Shown: positions 59,733 to 64,000 of the stretch, piece after piece | Numbering within the stretch: position 1 is the first letter of the stretch | Layout: every line of letters starts with the position of its first letter | DNA from: Thermoproteota archaeon | GTDB lineage: Archaea; Korarchaeota; Korarchaeia; Korarchaeales; JAOZGB01 | DNA: 64,000 bases | Direction: 5' to 3' | Assembly (NCBI GenBank): GCA_037917685.1 | Contig: JAVCBU010000012.1 | Span: 64,001-128,000 of the forward strand | The notes under the pieces: model-generated | What the model was told of the DNA's origin: nothing | Databases searched by the model: none | Seen by the model: only the letters and a program-made list of their open reading frames with translations | Position numbers and translations under genes: made by a program

Positions 59733-60041
59733 TCATTCAAATAGTAACAGTTTTAGCAGACTGTTAATGCTTCTACTTTCAGATTTCGAATCACTTTCCT
59801 TTAAGTACAAGGCTATTGCCGTCAACACTGTCGTCCCGATTTCTAAAAGGTCTTCTATGGTTTCTTCCGGAAGATATTCCTTTACCATAAGGCTAAGTTT
59901 CTCTCTCTTAAAGTTAGATCCTCTCTAGCAAGTATGTCTACGAGTTCTTTTTTCTCAAGAATGGTTGTTAATATTAGATATGAAGCTGTAGAAGCCCCGA
60001 GGATTTCGAAAAAGTTCTTAGAAATTTCTCTTAGGGTCCAT
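59733..60041 (-). pseudogene. Frameshifted convergent paralog of 59276..59647 (not in the ORF track)
   Basis: Reconstruction: MD/LREISKNFFEILGASTASYLILTTILEKKELVDILAREDLTLRE/KLSLMVKEYLPEETIEDLLEIGTTVLTAIALYLKE...LLFE*. Requires removing one base near 60036 and one extra dinucleotide in the (CT)n run at 59901-59908. Confidence 0.8.
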
Positions 60042-60226
60042 TTAACTTCAACAGTATTGAATCATATACTCCAGTTTTAAAACTAATTCATCACTGATAG
60101 TTAGTTCGACCACTTTAAGCAGGGGTAAAGATCGGTAATATATTTAATCCCTTGCACTTTACATTAAATCGTAAGCTTGCGAGGAGACAGGATGACATTA
60201 TGATAGGTATGCTGGTTTTCGTATAG

Positions 60227-61804
60227 GTGTCTTGTTTGAAGTTTCTAATAGTAGATGCAACTGCCTCTGGAGAAGGCATTAAGCGTTCTGCCGTCGACGT
60301 GATTGGCGCAGGGTGCAGGGCGGTAGCTGGAGTCTTAGAGTCTTTCCAATGTGATTTTAGCATCGCACGTGTTGAGGATGTCTTAAGCCGTTCTTCTGCT
60401 TTCAAAGATTTTGATGTTGTTATGGTTAGCGCAATGTCTATGGATGAAGAGGCTGTCCGAAGAGTTGCCAGAATTTTTGGTGATAAGATTAAGATTTTAG
60501 GCGGGCCCATAACCTGCGATTCTGCAACTGTTAGAAAGCTCGGGTTTAACGTGGGTGTTTGGGGAGAGGGCGAGCATGTTGTATCAGGCATGCTTTCCTC
60601 CGGATTTTTCAACGAAGGAGACATAAATCTTCTACGGGGTGTTCCTAACATTGTTTTCCCAGATGGTAGTGTAAGTCGACGTGTTAGGCTTACACTTGAA
60701 GAATACAATAAGTATAGACCCTCTGTATTGGCGGTTAAGGGGTATTCCAAACTTCCAAATTATCGTGTGGCAAGGGTTTATGTTGAGGTTGAGCGTGGCT
60801 GCTCCAACTTTAACCGTGCTAGGATTCTTGCTGACGGTTCTGTTTGTCGTAGGTGTATGCGGTGTGATGGTTTGAGTTTTAGGGATAGGCTTGGGTGTCC
60901 TCAGGCTGTCCCACCGGGGTGTGGGTATTGTTCTATTCCGGCTGTTTATGGCTATCCGAAGTCTAAGAGTGAGGATATAATTTGTTATGAGGTTGAGGGT
61001 TTGATTAGGGCTGGCGTCAGACGTATCGTCTTGTCTGGGGCTGACTTCTTGGACTATGGACGGGAGGATGTTATAGATCCTCCTACCCATCCTTCCGCTG
61101 GTGGAGCTAACATTAGGAGGATAGAAAACCTTCTTAAGAGAGTTACGTCTATCCCGGAGGTTAGGAGTGGCCGTGTATACTTGTCAGTGGAGAATGTTAA
61201 GCCTTCTCTTTTGACGGAGGATGTTGCTGAATTGTTGGCTCGCTACCTGCCTAACAGTGTTATCCATGTGGGGATCGAAACAGGGGATGACGAGCATTCG
61301 GTTCTCCTCGGGAGGCCGTGTAAGGCGTCGGAAGCTGCGAAATCTGTTGAAAACGCGGTTAAGTATGGTCTTAGGGTGTACACGTATTTTATTCATGGCT
61401 TGCCGGGTCAGAGTATGAGGACTGCGAGGAAAACTGTTGGCATGATAGAAGCGTTTTATAGGCTTGGTGTGGAAAAGGTTACCATCTACCGTTTCAAACC
61501 CTTACCCGGCTCCGCCTTTCAAGATTTCAAACCTGCACCATCGGCCAAGCGTAATAAGGCATCGTCACTGATATGGTCAGCTGCCTACAGGTTTAACCTG
61601 GAGAGGAAGAGGCAGCTCGTTGGCAGGAGGCTTGTTGTTCTCTATGCCGGTAGAAGGGGGAAGTATGCGGTTGCCTATCCGCTTAGGGAGGGGCCAACCG
61701 TCTATGTCAAGGGAGTCCCAAGGCTCAAGGTTGGGGAAGAGTTCCAGGTCAGGGTTGCAGGTGTTATTTCTGACAGGCTGGTGATGGGTGTTTACGTTCC
61801 ATAG
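60227..61804 (+). CDS. Radical SAM protein with a B12-binding-like N-terminus, split Cys motif and TRAM-like C-terminus
   Basis: DVIGAG.R, VSAMSMD, LGGP, GEGE; EVERGCSNF...CRRCMRC...CP..PPGCGYC; GIETGD; YFIHGLPGQ. Confidence 0.82.
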   Translation: MSCLKFLIVDATASGEGIKRSAVDVIGAGCRAVAGVLESFQCDFSIARVEDVLSRSSAFKDFDVVMVSAMSMDEEAVRRVARIFGDKIKILGGPITCDSATVRKLGFNVGVWGEGEHVVSGMLSSGFFNEGDINLLRGVPNIVFPDGSVSRRVRLTLEEYNKYRPSVLAVKGYSKLPNYRVARVYVEVERGCSNFNRARILADGSVCRRCMRCDGLSFRDRLGCPQAVPPGCGYCSIPAVYGYPKSKSEDIICYEVEGLIRAGVRRIVLSGADFLDYGREDVIDPPTHPSAGGANIRRIENLLKRVTSIPEVRSGRVYLSVENVKPSLLTEDVAELLARYLPNSVIHVGIETGDDEHSVLLGRPCKASEAAKSVENAVKYGLRVYTYFIHGLPGQSMRTARKTVGMIEAFYRLGVEKVTIYRFKPLPGSAFQDFKPAPSAKRNKASSLIWSAAYRFNLERKRQLVGRRLVVLYAGRRGKYAVAYPLREGPTVYVKGVPRLKVGEEFQVRVAGVISDRLVMGVYVP

Positions 61805-62125
61805 CTATGGGTTTACGTGTTCGGATTCCTCTCTTTCGATTTTCATTCGGAAAATGTCCCCCACTGAGGGTCTCCCTAGCTTTACGAACTCGTCGTAGGT
61901 CAGGTTAACCACTATGTCTGGGATCTCGATTCTCCCGGACTGGACAGGGAGACCTATCGCGGAGAAAGCTCTCACTGTTGCGTCGACAATCGCATCGGTC
62001 ATTTCATCTGTGTATTCTGGATATGGAGGCTCAGGTTCTACCCTGGATATTTCCTTAAGGGCTATTGAAATTTTTTCTCCCATCGATCTAACGTTTACGA
62101 CCCTAAAGACTTTCTCAATCGCCAT
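61805..62125 (-). CDS. Arcadin-1-like protein
   Basis: From ATG 62125: beta strands, a central helix, then GRIEIPDIVVNLTYDEFVKLGRPSVGDIFRMKIE, resembling the arcadin-1 C-terminal pattern as I recall it. Confidence 0.55.
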   Translation of the reverse strand: MAIEKVFRVVNVRSMGEKISIALKEISRVEPEPPYPEYTDEMTDAIVDATVRAFSAIGLPVQSGRIEIPDIVVNLTYDEFVKLGRPSVGDIFRMKIEREESEHVNP

Positions 62126-62159
62126 GCTATATCCACTGGATAGATGGTTGTTAAGTGTT

Positions 62160-62486
62160 TTAAATTTTCTCAATTGGGGTGGCAAGGGCGGTTTCCGTTG
62201 AGAAGGCCTGCTGTAAGCTTAGAACCGCCCTTGAAGCAACCACTTCGTCCGTGGCTTCAAAAACGAAAAGAGCGTCGTACTTACCCATTAATAACAGCAT
62301 ATGATGAACCTTGACGTTTTCCGACCGCTTAAATTTTTCCATCGCATCCTTCAGCTCCTCTATACTATTTGTTCTAACTTTTGCAAGTGTAACAAACAGC
62401 ACCGCTTGACACCTTCCACTAAGCTGGAAAATATAAAATAAAAAGGTAATATTTAAAGATCCACCGATCATGCTTGGAGTTATCAT
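62160..62486 (-). CDS. GYD-domain protein (true start probably near 62410)
   Basis: LFVTLAK...VKV....LMGKYDALFVFEA.D...A......STET..A. Confidence 0.7.
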   Translation of the reverse strand: MITPSMIGGSLNITFLFYIFQLSGRCQAVLFVTLAKVRTNSIEELKDAMEKFKRSENVKVHHMLLLMGKYDALFVFEATDEVVASRAVLSLQQAFSTETALATPIEKI

Positions 62487-62641
62487 CCGGCATAAGTTTG
62501 TTACAAGACAGATGGGAATGGAAGAAATATAGAATTTTAGACTCCAGGGTTGTCTGGTCGGTTGGTTAGACCAGGCGATATTGGATGTCTACCATTCTGT
62601 TTTTAATTTTATCATGGGTGTTAAGGTTTATCTGGTGATTA

Positions 62642-63877
62642 ATGATGAACAGGGATGATGTTCATTTGGGGGTTTGTAAATTACACATAGGTTCTATTTC
62701 CTCCCATGCAGGTGATCTTTCGGAGTTAGAAGTGCATCTAGAGACTATCTATGCTCTCTCATCCTATTATGGAGAGGTTCGCTTTCCTAGGATTAGCTAT
62801 AGGCAAGTTTTTTATGATAATTTTATAGATGTGCTCATGAGGGATGATGACGGGTTCCTGGCAGCTGCTAGGCCCATCTCGGCTCCTGCAATGGGGGATA
62901 TAGGGGTAGGCCTTGGCCTCTCTGCTCTGGCTATCCATGTGGGGGGGTTTGACCCTATATGGGATGTTGCAACCCTACCTGACACCCCGATAGCTAAGAC
63001 ACCTGACCTCCTTATATATCCTCGAGAAGAGGATGGAAGTTTTGTAGTGGAGTCTAAGGCCACCACCCACTTCGAAAATCTACGGGCAATGTTTGACAGA
63101 GCATGGTTGCAACTTAGAGGCCCGTATGCAAGATGCGCCAGCCAGCTTTACTCAACGGTCTCCTATATTCGCATCGCCGATAAGCCCGGCCCAAAAACAG
63201 TGGTGAACATAGACAGTTCAGGGTATACTCGTTCCCGGAAATGCACCGTAGACCTTGCAAGGTCCCAGTTGATAAACCTTTCCGACTGGATTAACCCCTC
63301 AGACTCTCTTATGCTTGTAAGACAGTATGTATGGTCGTTGAAGGGTGTTAAGAAGCCCGATATTACTCTTAATATGTCAGGTTCCTCCTTGACTCTTAAC
63401 TTTTTAAACATCTACGCTGGACCTTCCGATCTGAAATGTAACGTTAAGGTGAGTTTCCAAAGGGAGGGGTTCGCAACGGTTAAGGTGGCACCTGACGTAC
63501 ACTACTACCTTGAAGAGGCGCTTGAGGAGTCGCCTGGAAGCGAACCGAAAATAATTGTTTCTGCAAGAGACGCCATACGTGAAGCAGCAAAACCTGCACA
63601 GGAGTTATATGCTGAGTACGTGTCTATATTCGACTGTGAAACCGTTAAGTTAGCGGTAGGTGATAGGTCGATAGGAGCATTCTTTAAAAACAAGCTACAC
63701 GGGTTTGCCCTTAGCAACGGAGTCATGAGGATGCGTATGCCTTGCAGGGAAGCTTTATCACTTGATGACTGGGCCTGGGCTGCATCTGTTATAAAGGAGA
63801 ACCTTCCCAATAGTCAAGAGATTTCTTTTAAAGATTTCTTAATGCTTCTAAAGGATCTTATAGGATCCATTTGCTAA
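62642..63877 (+). CDS. Putative PD-(D/E)XK nuclease-fold protein
   Basis: GDIGVGLGLSAL...KTPDLLI......FVVESKAT...A..QL. Confidence 0.55.
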   Translation: MMNRDDVHLGVCKLHIGSISSHAGDLSELEVHLETIYALSSYYGEVRFPRISYRQVFYDNFIDVLMRDDDGFLAAARPISAPAMGDIGVGLGLSALAIHVGGFDPIWDVATLPDTPIAKTPDLLIYPREEDGSFVVESKATTHFENLRAMFDRAWLQLRGPYARCASQLYSTVSYIRIADKPGPKTVVNIDSSGYTRSRKCTVDLARSQLINLSDWINPSDSLMLVRQYVWSLKGVKKPDITLNMSGSSLTLNFLNIYAGPSDLKCNVKVSFQREGFATVKVAPDVHYYLEEALEESPGSEPKIIVSARDAIREAAKPAQELYAEYVSIFDCETVKLAVGDRSIGAFFKNKLHGFALSNGVMRMRMPCREALSLDDWAWAASVIKENLPNSQEISFKDFLMLLKDLIGSIC

Positions 63878-63947
63878 CATTTGATGTGTAACTGCATAGA
63901 ATAAATTTAAATGGTGACGGGAATCTGAAGCGGTGAGGTGTACAGCC

Positions 63948-64000
63948 ATGGCTGAAGAGATAAAAGAAGTTGAGAAGATACTGAGGCCGCCCGAAAAGGT
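63948..64000 (+). CDS. 5' end of a gene that runs off the window
   Basis: GGTGAGGTG ribosome-binding-like site, then ATG giving MAEEIKEVEKILRPPEK. Too short to assign a product. Confidence 0.55.
   Translation, partial: MAEEIKEVEKILRPPEK

Noticed and set aside
56243-60041. Region as a provirus or integrated plasmid
   Set aside because: No integrase, terminase, capsid, Rep gene, flanking tRNA or att-like repeat was visible.
60115-60750. 211-aa minus-strand ORF
   Set aside because: Antisense shadow of the radical SAM gene.

Overview
Gene-dense archaeal chromosome segment. Gene content (NurA/HerA, TmcA, DUF2070, DUF835, CFI-box-CTERM, roadblock, arcadin-1-like, tungsten-type AOR, C-terminally anchored binding protein) suggests a TACK-type anaerobic, probably thermophilic heterotroph; this assignment is inference. 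All family calls come from motif recognition by eye, not database searches. Recognisable modules: a quinone locus (UbiA/MenA fragment, long-chain polyprenyl synthase, internally deleted UbiE/MenG, B12-radical SAM); a complete galactitol-family PTS (IIC, IIB, IIA, HPr, EI) with an FGGY kinase; a BMP-type nucleoside ABC transporter; a nurA-herA operon with no mre11/rad50 in the window; 2-oxoacid:ferredoxin oxidoreductase; and tmcA translationally coupled to an ASCH (YqfB-like) gene. The least explained stretch is 56.2-60.0 kb: a wHTH regulator, an OB-fold fused to a degenerate AAA+ domain, small helical proteins, a short repeat cluster and a frameshifted convergent paralog missing from the ORF track. 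I found no tRNA, rRNA, CRISPR array or transposase.
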